Below are positions 28,860 through 41,958 of a stretch of DNA of 64,000 nucleotides, piece by piece (within the stretch, counting starts at the first letter, position 1; every line of letters begins with the position of its first letter). The notes under the pieces were generated by a model. It was not told the origin of the DNA. It searched no databases and saw only the letters and a program-made list of their open reading frames with translations. The position numbers and the translations under genes are program-made. The stretch lies in assembly GCF_006345805.1 (NCBI RefSeq), contig NC_043001.1:86862001-86926000 (forward strand), given 5' to 3'. Origin of the DNA: Octopus sinensis (Eukaryota).

Positions 28860-29150
28860 GTAGAGGTAGATATATGTCAGGTTGCTGTGATATGTAACAA
28901 TGGTAAATGGTAGCTAGGAATAGTCAGGATGGTGCAGTAGCTGTAGTATATGGCAACTATATAAGTAGATCAGAGTGATGTGGTATGTAGCAGTGGTAGA
29001 CGGTTATTACAGAGGTAAGACAGGCTGATGTAGTCAGTAACAGTGGTAGATGGTAGAGGTAGGTCAGGGCAATATCGTAGATAGTAGCTATGGGTTATAG
29101 ACTAAGGTGGAGTAGCAGCTTATGCTGACTATGAAAAAGTCAGATCAAGA
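28860..29150 (+). repeat. Degenerate G-rich minisatellite, about 45-55 bp units
   Basis: Recurring agaggtag..cagg..gatgt...gtagcagtggtagatggt motif. Confidence 0.6.
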
Positions 29151-31694
29151 TGATAAAAATATATAATAGGGGTGCAGGTTTGGGTATATGGTTAAGAAGC
29201 TTGCTTTCCAATAATGTGGTTTTGGGTTCAATCCCACTGTGTGGCACCTTGGGCAAGGGTCTTCTACAACAGCCCCAAGTCAAACAAAAACTTGAGTGGA
29301 TTCAGTAGACGGATAGATGGACACTGGAATAGACCATTGTATGTATGTTATGTCTGACCCCTACTATCACTACTGCTTGACAACCTGTGTTGTTTTGTTT
29401 ACGTTCCCATAACTTAGTAGTACAACAAAAACAAAAAACAAGACCAATAAAACATCAAGTACTGTTGGCGATTTTTTCAACTAAACCCTTCAAGGTGGTG
29501 CCCCAGAATGGATGTTGTTCATTAAGAGAAACAAGTGAAGAATAAATGATAAAAAGCGGCAACTCAGCAATTGAGCCAAAACATAACTAAGCCATCTCCA
29601 GGATAAAAATGCCAAGAGAAATCATCAGTAAGTACAATTCTGAGCAAAACAGAAAATAGGCCAACCACCAAGCAAGTCGAGTAATTCATGTAAATAAATA
29701 AAGACAGAAATGCAATAAAACATAAATCAAAAGAGATAGGTAAGAAGTTAGGTGGTTGAGGGTGGGGGTATGGATAGAACTGGCAGTAGTAGTGAATTCA
29801 GTTATGAAGGAAGATTAACAAATCAAATCTTATGTGTAACCTATATTTATTTACAAGTGTGTCTGACCTGAAATTTACTGGAAAAAAAATGAAAAAAGAA
29901 GTCAAAATAATTCATAGACAAATGAATCATCATCGTCATCATTTAATGTTTTTTCCAGGCTTGCATGCATGCAAACAGAATTTGTTTATGCAAATTTTCT
30001 ATGATCAGATTCCAAAACCCTTCCTGTCATCATCTCTCCCCGTTTCCAAGAAAGGTAATGTTTTTCCATAGCTAGGTACGTTTCTTAACAGAAGAATAGA
30101 AATGAGCAATCTTCCTTGTATGACAATGTGGCTCATTTTTGACCATCATGTGATGTCTAGACAAGGTTACACACATATACACACAGGCTTTTGTTTAATT
30201 TCCATCTACTATATCCATTCACAAAGCTTTGGCCAGCCTAAGAATATAGTAGAAAACACATGCTCAAAGTGCTGAGCAGTAAGACTGAACCCAAGACCAT
30301 ATGGTTGGGAAGCAAGCTTCTTAACTACACAACCAAGTCATGGAATAAAAATATTTTAGAGAGCATTGCAGTGGTGCTGACTAATATAATTTGAGGTAAG
30401 AGGCATCTAAACCACCATCACCACCAAGACACCAGTTACATATTTCTACCACTGGAACCTTTATTTGGCTGGTAGATGCAACACCAAACTGAGTTCAGAT
30501 CTCAGCTGAGTCTTTCAACTTGTCAAGATCAATAAAATACATAGCATTCAAATAATTATGTTGATTTTAAATGAATTCGATTTATTAAAGTGATGTCTTA
30601 CCATAGCCACAGTCCAATGACTTACAATTTTCCTCTCCATCATGGTCTTCTACAGTTAACATAGTATTACTGAATATTCACACCACTAAAGTGCTATTCT
30701 GACAATCCAAGGGAGCCTCAATAGTCACCCAACCTACTAGAAATTGCAGCTAAATCTCTCTAAAACCACACAACCATCTTAAAACAAAATGCATTGGATG
30801 TGACTACAGTATGAAAAAAATAAATAAATAAATAAGACAAAAATTTGTAGGTCCTGATTTGAATACCTCTGACCTTAGTTCACAAGGTTTTAAAGTTAAA
30901 CAATCCCCTTTACCCTTTACCATCTACTATCAATTTATAATGGCTAACTCAAATGAGGGAGGGTACTGTCCACAACCCTTTTTCAGCTTTCAAGATGTCA
31001 ACAAAATATTTTCTCTATATATGATATTAAATATAAATATATAATATTAATATTAAATATAAATATATACTATTAAATATGAATATTAAATATAAATATA
31101 TAATATTTTTATTTCAGTCGTCTTCAAACCAAAGACTTCCCAAAAATCATTACAACAAAGTGGATTTTGCACAAGGTACCCAAGTGCAAGGTAGTGTTGT
31201 TGCAATGGATTAAGTTTACCAAGCAAGAATTGGAACGGTCACTCCAATTGGCTTCCAAATGGTTTCCATCAGTCAAATTTTACTCATGGTTTGTTCTTCT
31301 ATAGTAGGAATCAGCAAAGTGGTCAATAAACACTTGTAATCTTATTGCTCTTTTTCAATTTCATAATGAAATTAAATTTCTTCATTAAATTTCTTTAAAT
31401 ATTTCTTATCAAAAAGTAGTACAACACAAAAGAATGAAGAAATTATTGTTTATAAGTTAAGAGATTTTGTATTAATTATACTTTTTTTAGAAACTTACAT
31501 GATAGGAGTTAATAAGTTATCAACAATTCCATGGCGGGTGGGGTCTATGAGATAAGAACTCTGCTGATCCCTGTTCTAGAGTCATCAAAACAATCAACTA
31601 GTTACATTCTAATTCTTATCAAATGCTTCATTGTGATAACTTCATGACAGAACATGTTTCTAAAAGCATCCATACCACCACCATATTTTTGTAC

Positions 31695-31732
31695 CTTCTT
31701 CTTAACCAATGTCCAGCTTTATATAAAATACC
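31695..31732 (-). CDS. Candidate exon 4, GILYKAGHWLRR(R)
   Basis: Acceptor tctcttcattctcag|GGT, donor AAG|gtacaa, 38 nt, only phase 0 open. The peptide looks like a PH beta-1/beta-2 segment. Confidence 0.35.
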
Positions 31733-33492
31733 CTGAGAATGAAGAGATTACAGTTTGAAATTAAAGCTGTCTGGGTAGAGATAAGAATACAGTGTTAGAT
31801 GTTTGTTAGGGGTTTACATGAAAACAGTCAGGTAGCGTAGTCAATAGCAAAAACACTACAACCAACAATGATTTCATCACCACAACCCACCCCATCTAAT
31901 ATCACTGCTGCTAAAATCAGCCCCCACTTATGCCAAACCTTTTCCCTTTACTACCAGATTACCCAACAGCACAAACATTACACTATACAAATAACATAAT
32001 GAATATAAACATTCATACACATACGCTGTTTGAAAACTATCATCATCATTTTAACATCCTCTTTTCCAGGCTTATACCAAATGAAACAGAATTCATTAAG
32101 ACACGTTTTCCTTGGTTAACTGCTCTCCTTGTTGCCACTCCTCAACTGTTCCCAAGCAAGATATTTCCCTACGGTTGGACATGTTTTCACAGAAGGTTGG
32201 TAACAAAGGACCACCACTTGTATGATAGCAATGTTTATTTTACTGCTATAATATGACACCAAGAAGGAAACACAAACATAGCTACCTATGCACACATACA
32301 CACACACAGAATTGGGCTATAGCAGACTGTGCTTGTGTCCTTTTGTCTCAACATCCCACAACAGTTGTAAAACAAGCATCACCATCATACAAGCAGTGTC
32401 AATTTCTAATCTCCTGTGCAAACATGTCCAGCCAAAGAAAAACTTCATCACTGCAAGGAAACAGATGAGGACTGATGACAGGAAGGACATTTGGCCATAG
32501 AAAATCAGCCTCTACAAATCATAAAACACAATCAATATCATGTCAATTAACTTCAAAATGCACCAATATGTAAATATGATCAAACCAAGTAAAACAGGCA
32601 TGAACACTTATTTCATACTAAATACACCCCATGTGCGTTTCAGCATAGAATGATAAATATCTGCCTTCTTTTTGTTTTGTTTATAGACAGTAACTAGATT
32701 TTAAGATTAGAAGTGATATATATCAATGCAGGGCAACCTTATACTGGTGAGGTATGTGAAGGGGTAGATATCAGGTTTCAGACTGTGATCCTTTCACCTG
32801 AGTTTTGTTTTGAAAGCTTGAGGAAATCTCTGAGGGAAAGCTTTTATTACAGCCATTTTGCAATGCTAGTCTGTTTTGCATATATTAGGTCCTTAATGAG
32901 ACACTGTTTTATAGTGGATGCCCTTCCAGTCACTAACTATTTCCTGTTTTCCAAAATCTCTTAATTCAAACATTTTTGAAAGGCACAAAGTGAACAGAAT
33001 TTGTTTACAAGCGACAACATCACTTACAGCTTCCGACTTTTGTAGAGCATAAATACATGCACACACAAGCTTCTTTCAGTTTCTGCCAAACAAATTCATT
33101 CAGAAGATCTTGGTTGGCTTGTTGATTTAAGTAGGAAAAAACTTGCCTAAAGCACAGAACAATAGGACTGAACCCCAAACCATGTGGTTGGGCAACAAAA
33201 CTCCTAACCACACAGCCACACCTGCACCTAATAATTAATAGTAGAATGATTATCTACATTTAGTCAGATACACTGAGTTAAGCCAAGACAATCCAATTGG
33301 CTTCAGTTAAATTTGAAACGATAGCCATGTAATCGCTAGCCTACCACTTTAATCCCATGAAAATAACATTTTACTCTACATAAATCAAATTCCTACACAA
33401 CTTAGTCTGTCTCTACTGCAGTCCTTGCTAAAATTCTAGGTTGGTAAGAAACAAAATATGAAGTTAATGTAACACAAGCTGTCTGTCTGATA

Positions 33493-33737
33493 GACTACAC
33501 CTTACATGACACAAATAACACGACTCTGGTACCACACACGATTGAAACAATACATATTAATATGTCTGATCTCCCAAAAATGTGTTTAGAGGTAGGCCAC
33601 TTAACAGAAGCACGGGACTGACTACACCTAACATGACGCAAGTAACACACCTTTGGCCCCCACACACAATTGAAACAATTTAATATGTTGCATCTCTTAA
33701 ATAGCTAAGTTTAGTGGTGGGCTACTTAGCAAAAGCA
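33493..33737 (+). repeat. Diverged tandem duplication, 127-bp period
   Basis: gactacacc(t)ta/aacatgac starts at 33493 and 33620, and the two units are collinear. Confidence 0.8.
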
Positions 33738-34373
33738 TAATTAACACTATTACAAATTAGAATTAACACCTGTAGCCACGATCACTTTCAATTGTCTCAT
33801 TAGTGGTGAAATAATATGCAACAGCCATTACAAGCCATTTAAATTTTTGTTTATAAATTGTCATACGTGAAGGCATGGCTGTGTGGTAAGAAGTTTGCTT
33901 CCCAACCACATGGTTTCAGGTTCTGTCCCATTCTGTGGCACTTTGGATAAGTGTTTTCTATAGCCCCAGGCCAACCAAAGTGTTGTGAGTGCATTAGATA
34001 GAAACTAAAAGAAACCTGTCACGTGAGTGGGTGTGTGTGTGACTCAGTGTTTGCACTCCCACTCCCACCACTTGATAACTTGTGTTGGTTTGTTTACATC
34101 CCTGCAACTTAATGATTTCGCAAAAAGGGAATGACAGAATAAATGCCAGGCTTAAAAAAGGATAAGCACTGAGATTGATTTGATTGACTAAAACTTTTCA
34201 AGGCAGTGCCTCAGCATGGTCACAGCCCAATGACTGAAACAAGTGAAAGATATACATAATGCACAGTGATTTATTATCAGTTGGCAGATTTCACTACACC
34301 TACGTGTCAGCAAACAACTTAGTCCACTAAATTATAAACAAGAGTTCTTGTCAGATTCATTAGTCTGGAGTGC

Positions 34374-34421
34374 CTCTGACTGATGAGACACAATGATGCC
34401 GAAACACTGGCTATCTCAGAG
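34374..34421 (+). ncRNA. Degenerate type I hammerhead ribozyme motif
   Basis: CTCTGA (stem I), CTGATGA core, GACA-caatga-TGCC (stem II, one mismatch), GAAA, C-actggct-A, TC, then TCAGAG (stem I partner, 6 perfect bp). Core order and spacing match the hammerhead consensus. Confidence 0.6.
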
Positions 34422-34829
34422 TCCTTTGTGCTCATGAATCGAATGTGTTATGAACACATTCATCATAAAGGAAAATTTGTGGTCCTGTGACAAAACACAA
34501 TAGCAATTGGGATATCTGCATTCAAATCTGTCCAAATGTATTAAGAATGAACATGCAAGTCATTGTTAATTTTTCTTATCACGACATCGGTCTAACATGA
34601 TCAAAGTAGAATAAAGACTAGCACCACTCATTACTCACACCAATTCCTTTTTAGAGCTAAGAAACATAAGAAAATTCCTCAAACCCTACCTGAATGTTTG
34701 AGCATCTTAGTACAACAACCCTACAGACACACACACTCCTGTATATTAACAGTTTTAAGAAGGATGGGTAACAAACAAAAAGTATCTCTCCTTTACAGAG
34801 AAGTTTTAACCGTAGATGGATGTGCATGC

Positions 34830-34867
<38 letters not shown>

Positions 34868-35142
34868 TAACTGTTCCAGCTGCTGCTAGCATTATTTATA
34901 TCATAGACATACCAACATTTACTGGACTTATTTTTCAAACAACAGATGTCCCAACATATTGGAAGCTTTTTCCTCTAAATCACTGGTTGTCTAGCACAAT
35001 TAATATAAAACATAACTACCAAGGTAAACATCAGTTATGTCTAAAGCATATTCAACTATTGTGTTTTGTCTGGTAGATATACCAATACTTTTTTTTATTA
35101 TATTTTATAATAGGCCAGAATCACTTAACAGACAAAATGCCA

Positions 35143-35530
35143 CTTATTTTTTTATTGCCCACAAGGGGCTAAACATAGAGAGGATAAAGGGATTAAGTCG
35201 ATTACATTGACTCCAGTGCATAACTGGTACTTAATTTATCAACCCCTGAAAGGATGAAAGGCGAAGTCGACCTCGGCAGGATTTGAACTCAGAATGTAAT
35301 GGCAGACGAAATACCTATTTCTTTACTACCCACAAGGGGCTAAACAAGGACAGACAAATGGATTAAGTCGATTATATTGACCCCAGTGCATAACTGGTAC
35401 TTAATTTATCGACCCCAAAGAGATGAAAGGCAAAGTCGACCTCGGCAGGATTTGAACTCAAAACATAAAGGCAGACAAAATACCACTAAGCATTTCGTCC
35501 AGCGTGCTAATGTTTCTGCCAGCTCACCAC
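35143..35530 (-). mobile_element. SINE family B tandem dimer
   Basis: A full unit is followed by a head-less unit starting at gtatttcgtctgcc. Confidence 0.8.
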
Positions 35531-36459
35531 TTGGCATTTTATGTACCTTTGTACTTCTTTTTTTATTTTATTTTCCTTTCTGAATCTGGAAGAAATAACT
35601 CTGCTCATGCTCTTGCAGGCCCTTCAAGATCAATGAGGATGTTATTGTTAAAGTTAAAATGTTGCAAATTAACATCTGCCAGAAAGTCATGAGCTAGGAA
35701 GTGATTTCAAAAAGTTCTGAGGAGAAAGGACTGATCATAGCAATTAGTTCTGGGCCGTGGTTAGGAGATCTGCAATACTGGTGATGAAGTGGAGAGACGA
35801 GTGGGTCAGGATACCTATATGGTGAGGGTAAAAGGCCGGCAGGCTCCAGAGTGATGAGGCCATTACAGTAGCAACAGACAAGACTGAGAGAAGAAACAAC
35901 ACACTTGTGGGTCAGAAGGTGGGCATTAGTGATTTACTGCCACTCAGTCAAGGGGCCCTTGTCTGAATGCATTCTAGAATGTCTGAAAGCAACCCAGAGT
36001 GTGTAGTAACAATATCACCCCAGATGTAGGTATAGGGCTCAGATGAGCCATGTAGGGTGTCAGTAGTTCTTGGGAGCTGAAATCTCTTCTGGCTCCAAAG
36101 AGAAAAGGTAAGTCTCTGGTGTGCAGTCATTTTAGGTTCAAATTCTGCCAAAATTGATAAAGAAAATACCAGGAATGTACTGATGTTGATATAGGCATCT
36201 ATATTTAAAAACTTTTGCCTATATTATAAATTACACATACACACAGGGATGGGGCTCTCTTGCCAGCTTCAGTCAAGTCAAATGTCCTGCTAAGACAGAC
36301 AAATCTTGTCTCAAATAGCTGAGAGTTAATAGAACAGAATGCACAACACATGGAACAGCCAGACCGACATGAAACAAATTACTTTGTTTCAACATATGTG
36401 GGACCCTTTTGATGGGAGGGGCAGTGCTAGTGGAATATAACCTATGAGGTCTTTGTTAC

Positions 36460-36512
36460 TTCGTATGTTTTATTGGCACAAGTTTCACTGGTTAGTTCAA
36501 ACATAGATGATC
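36460..36512 (-). CDS. Candidate exon 3, (G)SSMFELTSETCANKTYE
   Basis: Good acceptor (gttgtttttgttgtatatatag|GA). Phase 1 to 0 bridges exon 2 and the 31695-31732 exon. The donor GAA|gtaaca is weak. Confidence 0.3.
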
Positions 36513-36606
36513 CTATATATACAACAAAAACAACAGCAGCAACTGTTTGAATTCGCTCAATAATAATATTCTTACTGAGTCACCATCATAACTTCAGCAT
36601 ATAGAC

Positions 36607-36980
36607 GTAGGAGTGGCTGTGTGGTAAGTAGCTTGCTAACCAACCACATGGTTCTGGGTTCAGTCCCACTGCGTGGCATCTTGGGCAAGTGTCTTCTGCT
36701 ATAGCCCCAGGCCAACCAATGCCTTGTGAGTGGATTTGGTAGACGGAAACTGAAAGAAGCCTGTCGTATATATGTATGTGTGTGTTTGTCCCCCTAGCAT
36801 TGCTTGACAACCGATGCTGGTGTGTTTACGTCCCTGTCACTTAGCTGTTCGGCAAAAGAGACCAATAGAATAAGTACTGGGCTTACAAAGAATAAGTCCC
36901 GGGGTCGAGTTGCTCGACTAAAGGCGGTGCTCCAGCATGGCCGCAGTCAAATGACTGAAACAAATAAAAGAGTAAAAGAG
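36607..36980 (+). mobile_element. SINE family A copy
   Basis: Collinear with 19104-19510 and 37981-38355; ends in a taaaagag tail. Confidence 0.85.
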
Positions 36981-37980
36981 TATATGTTTGGATTATTTCT
37001 CTTCATTTCATTCCCCTCATATTCTAACATTCTGTAAGATATTCACCCAAAGGGACACTAACTGGACCCTTTAGACAATCAACTGGCCAACAAAATGCAA
37101 CCATCAATTCTCACAACAATTAGCTCTTACACCATCTTTCTTAAGAATATCACAATCCTCTATTCTAAAAATACAAAATAGCTTGGCTCGATAACCAACA
37201 AGATAATCGCAAAGATTACTCCTACCCACTCTATTTAGCTTATGTCATGTTCCTGGGACAACTTTAACTCAATGGCCTAGTGTATTTAAGTGAAAAGACT
37301 ACCTTGGTATAATGATGAGAGATAAATCTCTCACAAATTACACACGATACTCATAAAAATAAAGGGAGATACATTGGCTAATGTAGACTAATAAGATGTT
37401 GGAAAAGATGAGGTGGTCATTGCTCATTTACTTCTGGCCAGGTCTGATTAACCAGGCCTTACCTAGGGTTAAACAACAACAATGGTTGAACACAAGTATT
37501 TGGTATTCTAGACAGTTGGGTTTTCTCTCAACGTTTAACCAGCCCCCTCAATATCCCATACACCTGCTGTAACAGAGCTGATAGGTGGGGTGGGTGGGGG
37601 TCACTCAAGGAAAGCTGCAGATTTTCAAGTAAAGTAGACAGATATGACACCATGATGTGATAAATTTAAAATTACAACAGGATCTTAAGTCTGGAAAACT
37701 TCCAAAAATAGCAACACGCAAACACCAGGTGATATGTATTAAATACAGATCAGAAAAAGAGAGAGGAGAAAAACGGACAGATTTGCCATTTTTATTTTAC
37801 TCCTCACAGAACTAACACCATGCTGGAGCACTCTCTTCGAAGGTTTTAGTCAATCATAGCAACCTTAGTTCTTATTTCAGGCGTTCATCACTATTTGCCA
37901 GTTATGGAAGATAAGAACATAAAGGAACAATAATACATACAGAAAAACATATATATGTCAAATTATTCAATATATAGGCA

Positions 37981-38355
37981 TAGGAGTGGCTGTGTGGTAA
38001 GTAGCTTGCTTGCAAACCACATGGTTCTGGGTTCAGTCCCACTGCGTGGCACCTTGGGCAAGTGTCTTCTGCTATAGCCTCGGGCTGACCAAAGCCTTGT
38101 GAGTGGATTTGGTAGACAGAAACTGAAAGAAGCCTATCGTATATATGTATATATACGTATATATGTGTTTGTCCCCCCAACATCGCTTGACAACCAATGC
38201 TGGTGTGTTTACGTCCCCATAACTTAGCAGTTCAGCAAAAGAGACTGATAGAATAAGCACTAGGCTTGCAAAGAATAAGTCATGCAGTCAATTTGCTCGA
38301 CTAAAGGCAGTGCTCCAGCATGGCCACAGTCAAATGACTGAAACAAGTAAAAGAG
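37981..38355 (+). mobile_element. SINE family A copy
   Basis: Collinear with other family A copies. Confidence 0.85.
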
Positions 38356-38541
38356 TATAAGCAAAACTTTTACCAATATAATATAAGTGTCATCAAAAAA
38401 CCAGATGTTGCACTTTCTATCTAAGATGCACTGTGTTAAAAAACAATATATTTCAGAGCTAGGTGAAACGAAATCACCACCTAAGTCACTACAAGTGTGA
38501 TTTAGAAAGTAATACAAATAAAAACTGCATTTCTGACTCAC

Positions 38542-38596
38542 CCTCGTATTTCACCATAGTGTACTCCTGACGCTTGTGAAACAAAATCAAATCAGC
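38542..38596 (-). CDS. Coding exon 2, ADLILFHKRQEYTMVKYE(G)
   Basis: Acceptor cagacag|GCT, donor GAGG|gtgagt, 55 nt. Only the phase-0 frame is open, matching exon 1. CpGs are retained in an otherwise CpG-poor region. Confidence 0.6.
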
Positions 38597-39230
38597 CTGT
38601 CTGATATATACAGTGATAATGTATCAACTATACACTGATTTGCAAAGGCACAACATAAACAGAATAAAATTTCAATTTAGATGAAAACTGGACATGCGTT
38701 GTGTGTAAAGACAGGTTTCCACACAGTTTTTATCAGACAGTTCCCCACAAAAATACTATGTAGTGGAATTTAACTTGGTAGTGAAGCAAACTTCTTCATT
38801 ACACACCTATGTTTGAATCTAGATTTGATTACATTTCTATTCAATACAAATATCAAGTAAATAAGAGAAAATGATCAATGGTTATGCAGTTGACTACAGT
38901 TAGCAAGATTTAATCTGGGAAACAAAAGGCATCTAGACTGCCTGGGAAAATTGAGCCAGAGAAAGTGAAGTAGTTCCAAGTGATATAGATGATATTATCT
39001 ATGTGGTGTAATGGGGTATGTATAAAACATCATTTTAACATCTGCATTTCTATACCTGCATGGATCAGATGGAAGTTATTGAAGCAGATTTCCTATGGCT
39101 GGACACACTTGCTTATTACCGACACTTGTTTCCAAACAAAGTAACATCTTCCTTTGGCCAGATATATTTTCATAATATTGAAAATGATCGGCACTATTTC
39201 TATCAGTGACACTTGTTAACAACTACTATA

Positions 39231-39468
39231 TTTTCTTATTTCTTTACTACCCACAAGGGGCTACACACAGAGGGGACAACCAAGGACAGACAAACGGATT
39301 AAGTCGATTACATCAACCCCAGTGTGTAACTGGTACTTATTTAATCGACCCCGAAAGGATGAAAGGCAAAGTCGACCTCAGAAGGATTTGAACTCAGAAT
39401 GTAACAGCAGACAAAATATCGCTAAGCATTTCGCCCGGTGTGCTAACGATTCTGCCACCTCACTGCCT
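39231..39468 (-). mobile_element. SINE family B copy
   Basis: Reverse complement of 23805-24040. Confidence 0.85.
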
Positions 39469-40998
39469 TAACTACTATATTTTCTGGCATAAAAGTCCAA
39501 ATTTTCAGACCAAAATAAGTCAATTTATACACAAAGACAACTCTGGAGGACTGAAAATTCCATGTGAAATGAAGCAAGATTTGGAAAGATAGCAACAATA
39601 TTTAGATGTTTACACTATATATTAGCAACTTGTAAGCTGGAAAACCATGGATATGCACACACACACACTTGATGGATTTCTTTTAGTTTCCATCTACCAA
39701 ATCCACTCACAAGGCTTTGAACAACCTTGGTCTATAATGGAGCACACTTGCTCAAAGTACAACACAGTGGAGCTTAATCTGAAATTACCAGGCTAGGAAG
39801 TGAACTTCTCAACCACACAGCCTCGCCTGTACCTAAATATATGTTATCATCAGGTGAAAATCAACTCCACTACAGACTGATGGAAATGTGCAACTGACAG
39901 CTTACAGTCAAATAGTCAGAAAGATTTTTAAATGGCAACCGAGCTCTTTGAGTATCAATGACATTCATTTCCTGAGGAGGAGATGAATGCCACCAGGGTA
40001 ACCAAAGCCAATGAAACACTTAAAAAGTTATACAAATATTCAGTTCTGGAGGTTCTGTGGTATATAAAAAGTCAAAGATCACAAGGGGTAGAAAAGATTA
40101 GTAAAAAGAAGTTCAACAGTAAAAAAGCCATGGGAGCAACTTGATATAGTATTTGCCACTTCTCATAGTGATTTTCAATTTTTTAGTCTGCAAAAGATTA
40201 TAGACCAAACAGCCTGATATATACATTGTATATCAGTGAAGAAAGTTTACAATGTAAGACAAAGTTCTAGCTGACTACTGATATCATGCACAAATACATA
40301 GTGTGCAAGTATGTGTGCGTGCATGCATGTGTACATATGTGTAAAATAGTGCTGATAGTGAGTGTAAAATAGTGCCTTACATAAATGAGTAAAGCTGATA
40401 GAGTTGAAAACAAAACCATATTGTCAGTGCATCAATTAGGGGTCAAGTTCACACTGTATAGAGGCTTGAACTTTGTACTGCCAGTTACAGAAATGATTTC
40501 ACAATCAATCTCAGTATTGTCATTTCCTGAAGTACAGAACAAGTCCATTATGAACTTGTTTCCATCCATGGCCCACAGACACAACTGTAGACACTATGGC
40601 CCATGAGACCTAGAAACAGCAGCCTATTTTCTAAAATCATAGCTTCCTGTCTTAAAGAAAGGAAGGACACACTAGATAATGCTGCCTTAGATATAAAGAA
40701 AGGATGATCATGAATGAAATACCTTTGATTATAATTCAAATACTATTAACAACATGTGACCTCCAAAGTCTCAATGTTTATCTATGTCTACTACATGTAG
40801 AGTTATAAATCCATTTCACAAACACTAGGATATCACTAATACACTGCAATGTATTCTCAATCTAGCCTCTACTTCAGAAATACACCCCAGCTACCCTTTA
40901 CGTTTGACCCCCATCGGTGACCTTTAAATAGAAAAGCTTTGATTTCTGTTTACAAAACAACTCATCTTTCTTCTTATGTCAACACTTTCAGTTCTTAC

Positions 40999-41067
40999 TC
41001 CCAACCCGACCCACTGAGATGGAGAGGAGGGGAGTGCTTGCAAAACAAACAGTAAAACCACAGTCAT
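40999..41067 (-). CDS. Candidate alternative first coding exon, MTVVLLFVLQALPSSPSQWVGLG
   Basis: ATG at 41067, 23 codons, phase-0 donor GGA|gtaaga compatible with exon 2. Several CpGs are retained locally (about 40900-41220). Confidence 0.25.
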
Positions 41068-41958
41068 GGAAGATGCAGAAACAGTAAACAATAGCAATTA
41101 CACACCAGATATACACCGTTACAGACAATAGAAAGAGAGAATACACATACAGAGCTGAAAAGCTTTGAATTCATATACACATACAGATAAACACAGCTGA
41201 CTCACAAAACGTGCATAGATTTTAAAACATGAAACAACCTAAAAGAAATTTAGTAGAGATGAAAATAGATAAATGGAAAAACAAAAAGTACCATGTATAT
41301 ACAATCTATGTTATGTGTAAATATACAGTCTATGTTATGTGTAAATGTGTATATAAGGCCCAAAGAGCCAGCTCAGAAGTGGGGATGTGGTCAGAGCAGA
41401 TTCACAATAACACCTTTTACAAAGCTGTCATACACACCTCAAAAGAGGTTAGTCTCATATTAAAGAATATCATCACCATAGGCAAGCTGTTAAAGACCAG
41501 ATCTTTAGTAGGTTTATACATCTCCCATCGTGGGACAAACATCCAGTTTCCAGGCTAACTTAGAACCTACCCATCACACTACATTTTACATGGACCTTAG
41601 CCATCACACACAAGCTAGTATGATCTGATAGCTTGAACTATGTTTTCACAAATTGCTTTAGCTTTCTATGTAGTCACAAGCAGTCAGACATCCTCTCAAT
41701 TCTCCCACCAACAACTCAGTAGATCACCAAGGGTGACAGTTGGGGTGGAGACAGACAGAGAAAGAAAGAGAGAGGGTGCTGCACCAGCTATGAGCTAATA
41801 CTTATTTTCAACCTAGTAGACTGGAGCAACATGAAATGATGTGCCTTGCTCAAGGATACAATGTACTAACTTGTCTAAGAATCAAAATCATAAATTTATA
41901 AGCTTGCCTAACAGGCAGGACACAACTCTCAGTCTGTCTTTAACAAACCTTTATCTAT

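Noticed and set aside
34431-34484. Phase-1 acceptor giving (G)PQIFLYDECVHNTFDS, an attractive PH continuation of exon 2
   Set aside because: An in-frame TGA comes before any credible donor, and the region is better explained by the plus-strand hammerhead and hairpin element.
27231-36113. Scattered plus-strand splice-like signals (gtaagt near 27232, 29628 and 36108; exon-like 31128-31185)
   Set aside because: They form no consistent chain, and strand skew and the coherent exon chain favour a minus-strand gene. An antisense transcript cannot be excluded without RNA data.
39972-40020. CTGAGGA...GAAAC resembling a hammerhead core
   Set aside because: Stems I and II cannot be formed.
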